Virus record (IMG/VR): IMGVR_UViG_3300024054_000269
Span: 96,001-160,000 of that record
DNA length: 64,000 nt
DNA from: a virus
Strand: one strand, 5' to 3'
The position numbers and the translations under genes are program-made. Of this stretch, positions 46,275 to 55,650 are shown piece after piece (within the stretch, counting starts at the first letter, position 1; each line of letters begins with the position of its first letter). The notes under the pieces were generated by a model. That model did no database searches. It saw only the letters and a list, made by a program, of their open reading frames with translations, and was not told the DNA's origin.

Positions 46275-46569
46275 TGTCTTTTACTAAATTATTTTCACAG
46301 GTATCACCCACCATAAAATAATCATCACCAGAACCAGGCGATCTTCCACCAACAAGACCTAGCGCTACAACGCTACAACGCTTACATATCCAAACTTCGC
46401 TTTTTCTCTTTCTATTGTCAAGTAAATCATCAAATATTGTTTGTTGTTTTTCCCAGTCATGTGATTTAGCAACTTCACTATTTACGTTTTCCATTCTTGT
46501 TGTGTCATTGTTTGACATTAGAAAATCTTGTGCGCTAACCAAGTTGACGCACCAACTATAAAAAACCAA
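46261..46569 (-). CDS. small CxxC protein with shared C-terminal motif
   Basis: WICKRC; ends TCENNLVKDIIEG. Confidence 0.6.
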   Translation of the reverse strand: MVFYSWCVNLVSAQDFLMSNNDTTRMENVNSEVAKSHDWEKQQTIFDDLLDNRKRKSEVWICKRCSVVALGLVGGRSPGSGDDYFMVGDTCENNLVKDIIEG

Positions 46570-46811
46570 CTTACAGCCAAATCAATAAAATAAAACCTAG
46601 AATTTATCAAAATTGGTTTGTAAATAAGTACAAATGGTATCGCAACCCAAAAACTTGTACAATATGGGCATCTAATTAATTCATTGAGAAATTGGCTCTT
46701 ACTGCCTATTTTTAACCTAACTTTTTCAAAAATTACAGCACTTGAGGTTGTCATGGATATAACAGCTACAACCATTGATAACACACCGGTTAGTATCCAT
46801 TGATTAATCAT
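46518..46811 (-). CDS. DUF1360-family membrane protein
   Basis: IFEKVR...ELIRCPYCTSFWVA. Confidence 0.7.
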   Translation of the reverse strand: MINQWILTGVLSMVVAVISMTTSSAVIFEKVRLKIGSKSQFLNELIRCPYCTSFWVAIPFVLIYKPILINSRFYFIDLAVSWFFIVGASTWLAHKIF

Positions 46812-46854
46812 GTCAAATTATACTAAACAAAAATATTCTAATGTATAGTTATAC

Positions 46855-47145
46855 GTGTCAAAAATATTATGTTGGTTATTTGGCCACAAAGATATTCCAA
46901 AAGATTTTCTAAGGGCCAAAAATAAAGAATATGAAAGTCAAAAGCCAGCGTATAGTCATTCAGTAAAAATTGGCGATATCGTTATTAATTGCAGCACATT
47001 AACAGTGTCCTTTTTTGAATCACACGTCATTAAAATCAAACCTTGTCTAAGATGTGGTGTTTATATAGAATTAAAAAAACTAACAGAGGCTGAGATTAAC
47101 GAAGCAATTAATAACATGAAAACAGAAGATCTTCTAAATGGTTAA
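46855..47145 (+). CDS. small protein with shared C-terminal motif
   Basis: LCWLFGHK...CLRCG; ends AINNMKTEDLLNG. Confidence 0.6.
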   Translation: MSKILCWLFGHKDIPKDFLRAKNKEYESQKPAYSHSVKIGDIVINCSTLTVSFFESHVIKIKPCLRCGVYIELKKLTEAEINEAINNMKTEDLLNG

Positions 47146-47459
47146 CATTCAACCACTTGGAATGTTTTGTACATGTTCTTGTCAATTTCTTTAATTTCAA
47201 TAAGGTATAACTTTTTTGATAACATTTCTTCGGCATGAAAATCACAAAACTTAAAAACTGTTGGTTCTTTATTGATTAGTGTGTACAAATAATATTTGGT
47301 CGCAATCGCTTTGCACCCCCATAGCGAAGATGAATCATAATCACACATCTCATGTTTATTTTTTACTATCCATTCATTAAGTTTCTCCATTTGTTCTCGA
47401 ATAATATTGTTTTTTGCAATTGCAATTTTCTGAATTGTTTTTAATTGATGTTTGTTCAT
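47142..47459 (-). CDS. small protein with shared C-terminal motif
   Basis: C...C...FCDFH; ends DKNMYKTFQVVEC. Confidence 0.6.
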   Translation of the reverse strand: MNKHQLKTIQKIAIAKNNIIREQMEKLNEWIVKNKHEMCDYDSSSLWGCKAIATKYYLYTLINKEPTVFKFCDFHAEEMLSKKLYLIEIKEIDKNMYKTFQVVEC

Positions 47460-47908
47460 CTAACTCTACCCATAGCTGCTGTTGCCGAATAAGCAGCATT
47501 AGTTGCTAAGAATTGATCAGTCCAATCCCACTCATCTAAAATGAGATTTCTGAATTGTTTTGGTGTTAATTTAACAGTCGAACTTTGGTCCATATTTAAT
47601 AATTTGATTGCTATTCTGTATATGTCAGAATAATCCTGTGGTGCTGATAAATTGAATTGCAAACTAACAAGTTTTCCGTTCTTAATCTTTTCCAGTCTAT
47701 CTTCTAATGCTTTACGGGCTTTTTCAACATATCCAGATCTAGCTTCAACAACTATCTTCTGATGTCTGGTTAAATTTTCTTCAAGTTTGGATAATACTTC
47801 TTTCTTGTCAGCTATAATGTCCATTCCGTTAAGTTCATGCATTTGCATTTGACGAAACATTTCCACATCCAGACCCGGGGCTACTTCTTCAACCAATACG
47901 TCTTCCAT
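47456..47908 (-). CDS. phage hypothetical protein
   Basis: GAGGA SD; helical, P.DYSD.Y..AI..L.M...DEWDW. Confidence 0.65.
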   Translation of the reverse strand: MEDVLVEEVAPGLDVEMFRQMQMHELNGMDIIADKKEVLSKLEENLTRHQKIVVEARSGYVEKARKALEDRLEKIKNGKLVSLQFNLSAPQDYSDIYRIAIKLLNMDQSSTVKLTPKQFRNLILDEWDWTDQFLATNAAYSATAAMGRVR

Positions 47909-47968
47909 ATTTCCTCATTTCAGTTGTTTGTTTAATAATACATTTTTCATTACAATGCTATTTTAGAC

Positions 47969-48592
47969 ATGACTACCGGAATAGTTAGAGTTACTCATTC
48001 TGGGTTCTACCAAGATGGCAGGCCAAACACAGCCTCAATCTTATTAGATGACGTAACTGAAACTGGCCAAGATAACCAAAATAGGAAAAACCCTGTTTAT
48101 GTACCATTCGGTGGCTCAATAGATTTAGAGCCAACTTCACAAGTTTTGTTTTCTAAAAAACAAGGATCAATATCAAAATTAGCTACTGCGAATTTAGTAA
48201 CTGTTAGAGAAATAGAAGATAGATTTTTTTCGGCGCTCGGTACAACAGTTGATCCAACTACATCTAGCGCAACGTTTTCAGCTGTTCCTGAAATGTCAAT
48301 AACATTCAGTTCTCAGGGAACCAACTCAAGAATTCTATTTCAATCTGAAATGACATCAACATTAAGTATACCAACCGCTGAATTCAGATTTATGGATGGA
48401 GCATCTCCGATAGCTGGCGGAATTTGGCGTGACACAGTTACTGGTGCGGCAGTAACTCTTGTGTCATTTGAAATTGTTACTCAATTGTCAGCCGGATCGC
48501 ACACAATATCAGTTGAATTTAGACGTGATTCCGGAACTTCACCTGTCATATTGGCGGGTGTCAGAAGATCTCTCTTAATTGAGGATATGTGA
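47969..48592 (+). CDS. small structural / tail-fibre-like protein
   Basis: C-terminal beta-sandwich typical of fibre tips (TTSSATF..VP.MSITF...G.H.I.V..R). Confidence 0.55.
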   Translation: MTTGIVRVTHSGFYQDGRPNTASILLDDVTETGQDNQNRKNPVYVPFGGSIDLEPTSQVLFSKKQGSISKLATANLVTVREIEDRFFSALGTTVDPTTSSATFSAVPEMSITFSSQGTNSRILFQSEMTSTLSIPTAEFRFMDGASPIAGGIWRDTVTGAAVTLVSFEIVTQLSAGSHTISVEFRRDSGTSPVILAGVRRSLLIEDM

Positions 48593-48957
48593 TGCAAACA
48601 TTTGAGTATAAACTGCCAAATTGCCCAATTACAGAATTTGAACTAGAACTTGGATTGAGTACTGAATTATTAAGTCTCTACATTGGTTCAGCATGGTCAA
48701 TTGATGGTCCAATTGTTACTCATTGGAAGTCACAATTAAGTGAAGAACAAATACAAAATTTAGTAAACATGGCAGAAAAATTGGCTGGTGAATTATACCC
48801 TAAAAAGTTACAAAAATGTAGAGAAATAGATGAAAGAACCAATCAATTAATTAAAAAAGGTGACAGGTCTGCACCAGATTCTGGTGCAGAGATAAAGAAA
48901 AAAGTCATAGCAGCAAAATCAATTGAAGAACTTGATTCCATTATTGATGAAAGATGA
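48589..48957 (+). CDS. tail-fibre assembly chaperone-like (DUF4376-like)
   Basis: KKLQKCREIDERT...IKKKVIAAKSIEELDSI. Confidence 0.55.
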   Translation: MMQTFEYKLPNCPITEFELELGLSTELLSLYIGSAWSIDGPIVTHWKSQLSEEQIQNLVNMAEKLAGELYPKKLQKCREIDERTNQLIKKGDRSAPDSGAEIKKKVIAAKSIEELDSIIDER

Positions 48958-49012
48958 ACTAATGGATCATTTGCAAAATGACTTATGATCCAACTCCTAA
49001 ATTTGTTAAATA

Positions 49013-49234
49013 TTAGATTCCTTGAAGGAATTCTTTTCTAGTCAACCCAACTAAATTTCTTGAACCAATTCTGGCTGACTCCTGCCCAGAAGCAACATGG
49101 TCAATGCAATAACATGTATAACCAATCACACCGCCTTTAGAATTTTCGCATTTAAAATAATGTGTTGATTCTTGTACACATTTGAAACCACGACATTTTG
49201 TGGCTGCACTTTTGGCTAATATGATTTCACCCAT
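49013..49234 (-). CDS. small Cys-containing protein
   Basis: C..F.C...YCIDH; ends LTRKEFLQGI. Confidence 0.45.
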   Translation of the reverse strand: MGEIILAKSAATKCRGFKCVQESTHYFKCENSKGGVIGYTCYCIDHVASGQESARIGSRNLVGLTRKEFLQGI

Positions 49235-49257
49235 ATTATAATAGTCACACCAAAGGT

Positions 49258-49653
49258 TTAACCGTCGATCAAAATCTCAGTTAACTTCAAATCAAATGCG
49301 GTTTTTATCCTCTCAACTATTTCATCTTCTGTTCCAACAAATAAAAACACTTTCTTGTCATATCTATGATACCAAACTTCTCTTCCGTAAAGAGATTTAT
49401 GAAAATTCATACCACGTGTAAATGCAACATATTGACTAGTTTTATCTTTAACATTTTTCTCTGCATAAGTTGGAGAATCAGATACAACTTCATCAGCGAT
49501 AACTATTAATTGGTTTAGGATTTTTGAATATGGTTTGGCATCTGATTTATAGTTATAATTTTTATTTAGCGTTAATTCATCATTAAGCTCATCTCGAATC
49601 AAAACAGATAATTGTCTAAACAATTTGTCTATTTTGTCGGATTGTTTGATCAT
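49258..49653 (-). CDS. small protein with shared C-terminal motif
   Basis: Ends AFDLKLTEILIDG. Confidence 0.6.
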   Translation of the reverse strand: MIKQSDKIDKLFRQLSVLIRDELNDELTLNKNYNYKSDAKPYSKILNQLIVIADEVVSDSPTYAEKNVKDKTSQYVAFTRGMNFHKSLYGREVWYHRYDKKVFLFVGTEDEIVERIKTAFDLKLTEILIDG

Positions 49654-49949
49654 CAGCCTTCAATCACACATCTGGTTTTGACTTCATCACACGTTTCGAG
49701 CGGGGCTGATGACGGCGTTCTAATATTTCTTCTGCCGATTACCAAATCCTGCATTTCGTATTTGCATTTTATACAAACGTATTTCATATGAAACGAATTC
49801 TTTTCTGGTATTCTGTGCCAAATTGTAGCAAACATATGACCACCGGTTTCGGAGTATGATTTCAACGGTTCTGGGTATTTACCAATCAAATTCATACTCC
49901 AAAGAGAAGTGTCGAAGTTTACTAATTCTTCACTAAAGAATGAGTTCAT
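49653..49949 (-). CDS. small CxxC protein with shared C-terminal motif
   Basis: H.W...YVCIKC; ends TCDEVKTRCVIEG. Confidence 0.6.
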   Translation of the reverse strand: MNSFFSEELVNFDTSLWSMNLIGKYPEPLKSYSETGGHMFATIWHRIPEKNSFHMKYVCIKCKYEMQDLVIGRRNIRTPSSAPLETCDEVKTRCVIEG

Positions 49950-50269
49950 GAATCAATCACTTCTTTTGTACGCTGCTCTAGAACATGTTCTACACAGGCG
50001 GTGATGTTAATGTCGTTGCCTGATGTCACATTATCGTGTATTGCCTTACATAAATCAATTAATATTAAATTTATAAATGCTTGCATATTAATTGATTTTG
50101 ATATGCGACCAACTCCATCACAAACTTCACATTTAATATACAAATACATTACATTTTGATATGAATTCCTTATTTGACATTTTCCGCTCCCACCGCAATT
50201 CGGGCAACGTTCAGAAATCAAAAATTCAGTATCGCTCGAAACATACTCTCTGTCGCTGTAAATTTTCAT
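49946..50269 (-). CDS. DnaJ-type Zn-finger small protein with shared C-terminal motif
   Basis: CPNCGGSG...CEVCDGVG; ends VLEQRTKEVIDS. Confidence 0.6.
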   Translation of the reverse strand: MKIYSDREYVSSDTEFLISERCPNCGGSGKCQIRNSYQNVMYLYIKCEVCDGVGRISKSINMQAFINLILIDLCKAIHDNVTSGNDINITACVEHVLEQRTKEVIDS

Positions 50270-50682
50270 CAGTCTGAATTTACATACGTAAGAATTCCGA
50301 TTTTACCTTTCGGTAACAAATTGTTGTAAGAATGAATAATTTTAACCGGCACCCAGGCTTCATATAGATCTGTATTATGATCTTCTAATAAGTCTAATGT
50401 TGCCAAATAATCGTTATCTAAAGGTTCAAAATACATAGGTAAATCCTGTGATGAAGTTAAAAATTTTTCAACTAGATCACGATTGTATGGTTCTGCACGA
50501 TCAATTAGAACGTCATGTTCCGGATGCCAAAAAATTGGCAAAGGAACGTAATATCCTTCTGCCTTTGGGTGGCAACAACATGTGCCACCAACTTGGTTTG
50601 AATACCAAACCCCAGTTTTTGCTAAAACAATAATCCCATACAAATTTTCTAATGACCACAATTCAATTATGTTCATATACAA
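50269..50682 (-). CDS. DUF6210-like protein
   Basis: GIIV...GV.YSNQ.GG..C..P..EG..VPL. Confidence 0.5.
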   Translation of the reverse strand: MYMNIIELWSLENLYGIIVLAKTGVWYSNQVGGTCCCHPKAEGYYVPLPIFWHPEHDVLIDRAEPYNRDLVEKFLTSSQDLPMYFEPLDNDYLATLDLLEDHNTDLYEAWVPVKIIHSYNNLLPKGKIGILTYVNSD

Positions 50683-50729
50683 AAATTACACCCATTAAAG
50701 TATGTTTTGGATGTGAAAGAACAATCAGC

Positions 50730-51149
50730 TTATTTAACTGAATGAAGGCTTCTGAATGGAGGCATGGTTTGAATTTCAATGTTTTGTAGGTATTCTGACG
50801 TTATTTCGTTTCCATGCATCCATTCAACACTATCACCACCATCGTTTTTATGCCAGACTGACACATCAATATTCTTTAACATTTTCATGACATTTTTTAA
50901 GGTCATTTTGGTTTTTAATGCTTGTTTAATAGCATCGTATAAACCTTCTTTCTCAAAGTCGACCAAAATATAAGAATCCGGACCAGATCTGGCTAAATAA
51001 TAATCCGGGTAAACATCCTTTGGAAATCCAACAATACTCGGATCAATTCCGGCAAATGGGTCTTTTTGAAGAAGTCTGTCCGTAATATCAATTACGTCCC
51101 CAGATGTAATTGTTGATGATATCTTCGCAGCAATACGATGAAAATCCAT
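50730..51149 (-). CDS. protein with N-terminal IAAKISS motif
   Basis: MDFHRIAAKISS. Confidence 0.55.
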   Translation of the reverse strand: MDFHRIAAKISSTITSGDVIDITDRLLQKDPFAGIDPSIVGFPKDVYPDYYLARSGPDSYILVDFEKEGLYDAIKQALKTKMTLKNVMKMLKNIDVSVWHKNDGGDSVEWMHGNEITSEYLQNIEIQTMPPFRSLHSVK

Positions 51150-51192
51150 AATTTCCGTAATTAGTTATGAATAAAAGACTATAATTGCCCAA

Positions 51193-51648
51193 CTATCCTT
51201 CAACTATTAGCTTTACCATATCCATGTCACATTTGTCTTTGTCGTGACCCTTAGATACTCTTGAGTGTCTACCTGGGATTGGTTTGTTGCATCTCGGGCA
51301 CAACGTGTCTTTCTTTTTTTCAGGTGAATCATATTTTGGAATGTGATATGATATTACGTATTGATAATCATACGGGTGAAGTTGTTTTCTTTGTTTATTT
51401 TTAAATTCATATTTCTCAATTCTTGAGAAATATGAATTGTACAAAGAATTGCTCTGAAAACCAAGTTTTAGTTTTTGTTTCTGTTGTCTTTGTTTTTCAT
51501 CTCGTCTCAAACATTCGTTTATACAGTCTTGGACATGAACCGCGTTTTCACGCAGGGCTTCGCTTAAAGCATTGATAGTTACATATGGCTTATGCCAATC
51601 TCTTAGTTTAGAAGTAATTCTATTAAAAATGTCAGGTCGGTAGCGCAT
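51193..51648 (-). CDS. protein with shared C-terminal motif
   Basis: CPRC; ends KCDMDMVKLIVEG. Confidence 0.6.
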   Translation of the reverse strand: MRYRPDIFNRITSKLRDWHKPYVTINALSEALRENAVHVQDCINECLRRDEKQRQQKQKLKLGFQSNSLYNSYFSRIEKYEFKNKQRKQLHPYDYQYVISYHIPKYDSPEKKKDTLCPRCNKPIPGRHSRVSKGHDKDKCDMDMVKLIVEG

Positions 51649-51852
51649 TTAATTCACCTGATCAGATCCTTCTTGCATTTCTTGTTCTGCTATCAAATTT
51701 GCAATAAATCCTTCCTGTTCAAATTTACAAATTTGAATTTCTACTGATGATATATACCCTGGAAGGGTATCAAATTCTAACACCACATCTTTCGTACCAT
51801 GAAACTTACGTGTCTTTTTGTCGGTCAGCTCGAAAGTAGCCAACACCTTCAT
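51649..51852 (-). CDS. hypothetical protein
   Basis: 67 aa. Confidence 0.4.
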   Translation of the reverse strand: MKVLATFELTDKKTRKFHGTKDVVLEFDTLPGYISSVEIQICKFEQEGFIANLIAEQEMQEGSDQVN

Positions 51853-51995
51853 GTAGTTGTAACTTTACACCGTTTTCAACGTCTTCTTTTAAGTTATGGC
51901 TAATCATATAAGCATTTACATATATGATATGGTTATCTTCTTCAGTAATCATATGAAGATCATGATTCTCCCACCACATTTCCTTTACACAATAG

Positions 51996-52232
51996 TTAAC
52001 CATTGATAACCTCCTCTGTTTTTAGACAATTTTCACATTTATATTTTGATTCAAAGTCCGGTGTCAGTAAATCGCTCACACTTTCTGTACGTTTCTTACG
52101 TGCAACCCAATCTTTTGGCTTGTCAAATTTTAAATATAATTTGTTCCACGGATCGAAGCACAACTTAGCTTCACCTGGTATTACAACACCGCAATAATCG
52201 CATGTAAAATTTATTACTATAGAAAGCCCCAT
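51996..52232 (-). CDS. small Zn-finger protein with shared C-terminal motif
   Basis: TCDYCG...CENC; ends CLKTEEVING. Confidence 0.6.
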   Translation of the reverse strand: MGLSIVINFTCDYCGVVIPGEAKLCFDPWNKLYLKFDKPKDWVARKKRTESVSDLLTPDFESKYKCENCLKTEEVING

Positions 52233-52589
52233 ATGACAATTTTACATTGTTTAAGAATGGCTTTGCATTCAGCCTACAGTTCATGTAGGTTTGAAAGGTT
52301 AGACGAAGATTTAATATTGAAATTTGAGAACTTGGCAAAATATGAATTTATCAAACTCATTGCCAACAATTACCCAAATTATGTAGAAGCCGCAAAGACT
52401 ATTTCCATAAGCACTGTGTATACCGGATTTTGTTTAATCAGATTCAACATGAGATCATCAAGCTTCAACATGAGATCATCAAGCATAGACCTCGAACTTT
52501 ATGTGGATATAAATGACATATTGATGAAATCAAAAATATTACAAGAAATTAACGATGAACAAAAAACCTCAGAGATTATTAACGCATAA
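52233..52589 (+). CDS. small protein with shared C-terminal motif
   Basis: Ends INDEQKTSEIINA; contains a 21 bp tandem duplication at 52443-52484. Confidence 0.55.
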   Translation: MTILHCLRMALHSAYSSCRFERLDEDLILKFENLAKYEFIKLIANNYPNYVEAAKTISISTVYTGFCLIRFNMRSSSFNMRSSSIDLELYVDINDILMKSKILQEINDEQKTSEIINA

Positions 52590-53036
52590 TCAGGCTGATA
52601 ATACATCAAGAGATTTCAATTCATCGACTGTTAGAATAAGTGAAAGGGCCTTCGGTAAAAATTCATCAGCACCATTTTCAGTACCACCAACTTCAGTTTT
52701 CCAATCTTTGTTTATAAAGTATTTGGCTAACCCAGCAGCAGTGTCCCAACGTATAGAATTAAACAGTTGGTTTCTTAAACTATCAAGTTCCTGGTATGAA
52801 CCGCATGTTTCTAAAGCATCACATCCAGAACAAGACCCCCATCCAAACACTAAAAAACCATATTGAATGTCATTTTTGACATGACGACGTAATAAACACC
52901 AACTAGAACCTTGATATTCACCAAGTTCGTGTATTAATAAAGCTTCTACATCCATACTTTTTATTAAATCTGAATATGAATGTGCCCCGTTGTAATTACC
53001 ATTTACATTAGGAAAGCATTCTTCAATCGGTTTCAT
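52590..53036 (-). CDS. protein with shared C-terminal motif
   Basis: YQGS...GFLVFGWGSCSGCDALE body; ends TVDELKSLDVLSA. Confidence 0.65.
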   Translation of the reverse strand: MKPIEECFPNVNGNYNGAHSYSDLIKSMDVEALLIHELGEYQGSSWCLLRRHVKNDIQYGFLVFGWGSCSGCDALETCGSYQELDSLRNQLFNSIRWDTAAGLAKYFINKDWKTEVGGTENGADEFLPKALSLILTVDELKSLDVLSA

Positions 53037-53571
53037 TCTTAACCACCGGACTTATTAAAATGTTTACTTGTCTTCCTTTTACATGATTATACAATTCTGA
53101 ATCAAATGGTGCACCAGCATAAAATCCCTCTGGAACTATAATGTGTTTTCCACCACAACGTTTGTCTTTACATTTTACCGCGTCCGGATGTTTCATCGGA
53201 TTATAACCAGGACGAGGTACTCTAAATGAAGTTAGTTCAAATTCAGATCTTAAAGTTGGATCTACCCAGGCGTTAAGTCTAGTTTGCTGATAATCGACCC
53301 CTTCAAATTGAACACCAACTAATGGAAGTCTGAACGCATACGCTGAATCGTGCTCAAAATCAGTTGCTCCGCCGCTTAAATAAGCTTTCAACACCCAACG
53401 CCCATCCGGATGGTCACGATATGTGACCAAACATGATTGACCGCACGTAATCCAAGTGAACCTTGGTCTAGTTGAATTATCTGAATCATCTTGAATATAA
53501 ACAACAGTCAGACATAAATTAGAATGTCTGGTTATTTTTCTCAGATCTGTAGTTTCCAGTTTGAACGTCAT
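53023..53571 (-). CDS. hypothetical protein
   Basis: 182 aa coupled ORF. Confidence 0.55.
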   Translation of the reverse strand: MTFKLETTDLRKITRHSNLCLTVVYIQDDSDNSTRPRFTWITCGQSCLVTYRDHPDGRWVLKAYLSGGATDFEHDSAYAFRLPLVGVQFEGVDYQQTRLNAWVDPTLRSEFELTSFRVPRPGYNPMKHPDAVKCKDKRCGGKHIIVPEGFYAGAPFDSELYNHVKGRQVNILISPVVKNETD

Positions 53572-53759
53572 GGTTTAGTCCTATACGGACCGTCATCTTT
53601 GATTTTCTCATCAGTCAAGACTTCAACAGAACAGGTTAAGTCTTTTCCATAATTCGGAAATTCCGGATTACAAACTCGACTTTTATCGATATTGAAATTT
53701 TTTACTACATAGTTCCTGACTATTCTACATAACTCTTCTTGATTGAAAACGTACTTCAT
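53568..53759 (-). CDS. hypothetical protein
   Basis: 63 aa coupled ORF ending DGPYRTKP. Confidence 0.45.
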   Translation of the reverse strand: MKYVFNQEELCRIVRNYVVKNFNIDKSRVCNPEFPNYGKDLTCSVEVLTDEKIKDDGPYRTKP

Positions 53760-54568
53760 ATTGACTCCCTTAAATTGTTGTATAAATTGGCATATAAAAC
53801 TTCCGGATTATTTTCTGACAAACCTGACATCTGTCCATCGTTTAATTCTATTACGATCCATTCACCAGATTCAGTTTGGGCCACGTCAATGGTGAAAAAA
53901 TTGATATTTGATTTGATTGAGTTTATGGCTTTGGCCATAAACTCAATCGGAACTTCTTGAGATGATGGAATTTTCCCAAGTTTTTCTTTTATTTCCTCTA
54001 CATGTGAAGACCAATAATAACCGCTACTTATAACGCGGCCGTTTAATATGAAAAATCTGAATTCTTTAGTTATTGGTAAATCTTGCAATCCGATCATGTA
54101 AGTATGTAACGGAATATATTGTCTTATTATTATGTCTTGTTCACCAATCAATGAATCTGCACACAATAAACTGTGAATTTCTATGGCTCTTTTCTTATCT
54201 TCAGCAAACATGTGGCTCTTCCATAGAAATTTCTTTGAATTAGTCTCGCCTTTAAGCACAAAAGGACCATCTTCTGGCAAATCTTCAAGTCTAGTCCAAG
54301 TTTTTGGTGTGAGACCGTCCAAATCAACTGCCCAATTTTTGCAATCTGCAACATATTTGTGCTGTTTGTAAGTATTGATTAATTTTGCGTTAACAGACTT
54401 AATATCATCCTCTAATTCTTTATAAAATGGTAATACACTGTATCTACCAATTACTAAATCGTCAGATTTAATTTGCATCCTAGATGAATAACATTCAAAA
54501 TACTCATTCGCCGAATTGGATTCGTATTTCCAGTCACCTAAGTCCCTGTATAGTATGACAGGATTCAT
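53756..54568 (-). CDS. ATP-grasp domain protein (DUF4343/R2K-like)
   Basis: PFVLKG..SKK, IIIRQY, EFRFFI..G, FFTIDVA...G.WIVIELNDGQMSG. Confidence 0.8.
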   Translation of the reverse strand: MNPVILYRDLGDWKYESNSANEYFECYSSRMQIKSDDLVIGRYSVLPFYKELEDDIKSVNAKLINTYKQHKYVADCKNWAVDLDGLTPKTWTRLEDLPEDGPFVLKGETNSKKFLWKSHMFAEDKKRAIEIHSLLCADSLIGEQDIIIRQYIPLHTYMIGLQDLPITKEFRFFILNGRVISSGYYWSSHVEEIKEKLGKIPSSQEVPIEFMAKAINSIKSNINFFTIDVAQTESGEWIVIELNDGQMSGLSENNPEVLYANLYNNLRESI

Positions 54569-54878
54569 GAAAAAATATACAACTGATAAAGAAGATTTTG
54601 ATTCAATGTTATGTCTTGAATCAATAATGAGAGATATGTTATTCGAGGATACAAAAGTTGGTGAAATTAAACAAGAAGAGTTTTTAAATAAAAATCAAGA
54701 AGGTGACACATATGACAAATATATAGAAAAAAGAATTAGTGGTTTGGATGAGTTAATAAAAACAAACGATGTCTTAGAACAAGACACTGGCACATTTAAA
54801 TATCATGGGTCAAAAATACCAACTTGTGTAACTATCGACGTAGAAACCGGAGAAATAACAGAGTTTGAAAAAAGCTGA
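54516..54878 (+). CDS. acidic hypothetical protein
   Basis: 120 aa; true start likely internal. Confidence 0.45.
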   Translation: MDSYFQSPKSLYSMTGFMKKYTTDKEDFDSMLCLESIMRDMLFEDTKVGEIKQEEFLNKNQEGDTYDKYIEKRISGLDELIKTNDVLEQDTGTFKYHGSKIPTCVTIDVETGEITEFEKS

Positions 54879-54891
54879 CGTCGTTCAAATG

Positions 54892-55113
54892 TCATTTTGT
54901 TCTGTGTGTTATTAAACCGTGTGTCAAATCATAGGGTGAAACTGCAACTCTAACTTTATCACCTGGAAGAACTCTTATGTGATTTCTTCTCATGCGACCT
55001 GAAAGTTGGGCTCGAACGTGTGAGCTTGATTGTGTTAATTTGATGTTATATTGACCACCACCCATGGCTTCTTCAACAACACCATCAAGTTCTATTAAGT
55101 CGCCTTTGCTCAT
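54892..55113 (-). CDS. infA: translation initiation factor IF-1
   Basis: IELDGVVEEA...V.AQLSGRMRRNHIRVLPGDKV.V..SPYDLT.G.I..R. Confidence 0.95.
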   Translation of the reverse strand: MSKGDLIELDGVVEEAMGGGQYNIKLTQSSSHVRAQLSGRMRRNHIRVLPGDKVRVAVSPYDLTHGLITHRTK

Positions 55114-55418
55114 CCGTATAACACCTCAAGTGTTCTAACCTGTGCTATTAAATCTTCTTCTGACGTAGCAGTCAAGAGAAACACGTTAACTAATTTTTGT
55201 TGCATGTTTGACCGCAAAAATGGATTTGTTAATATTGCTTCGTACAACAATAAATTGTTTTGTTCCGCATAATCAATAGCCACATATGTTTGTGCTTTCC
55301 TTATCGTGGTTGATTGACTAGAACATTTCGCATATGAATATGATTCAACAATCGATTCCGGAAGACGTTTCAATATGCGGCATACTTCTTCAGGTGCTGC
55401 TAATGGAAATTTATTCAT
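55110..55418 (-). CDS. small protein with shared C-terminal motif
   Basis: Ends LIAQVRTLEVLYG. Confidence 0.55.
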   Translation of the reverse strand: MNKFPLAAPEEVCRILKRLPESIVESYSYAKCSSQSTTIRKAQTYVAIDYAEQNNLLLYEAILTNPFLRSNMQQKLVNVFLLTATSEEDLIAQVRTLEVLYG

Positions 55419-55650
55419 TATTAATCGTACTCGTACTCATGCTGGTTTCTAAATCATAACTTGATTGTGAATTTTGCCATGCAAATTTATCTGGCATAAA
55501 TCTGACTGTTACAATCCCTGATGTTTTATTTGTAGAAACATATTGAACATAATCTGGTGCAAAATAGTCAGTTCTAACGTCTTTCATTGCATGCCCCGGT
55601 TTTAACATCTTAATTCGTTTCCAAGGTTTACACTCTTCTGAGGTTACCAA
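55411..55650 (-). CDS. hypothetical protein
   Basis: 79 aa, start uncertain. Confidence 0.35.
   Translation of the reverse strand: MVTSEECKPWKRIKMLKPGHAMKDVRTDYFAPDYVQYVSTNKTSGIVTVRFMPDKFAWQNSQSSYDLETSMSTSTINNE

Noticed and set aside
52443-52484. Perfect 21 bp tandem duplication (FNMRSSS x2)
   Set aside because: Real but an isolated in-frame slippage duplication with no wider pattern.
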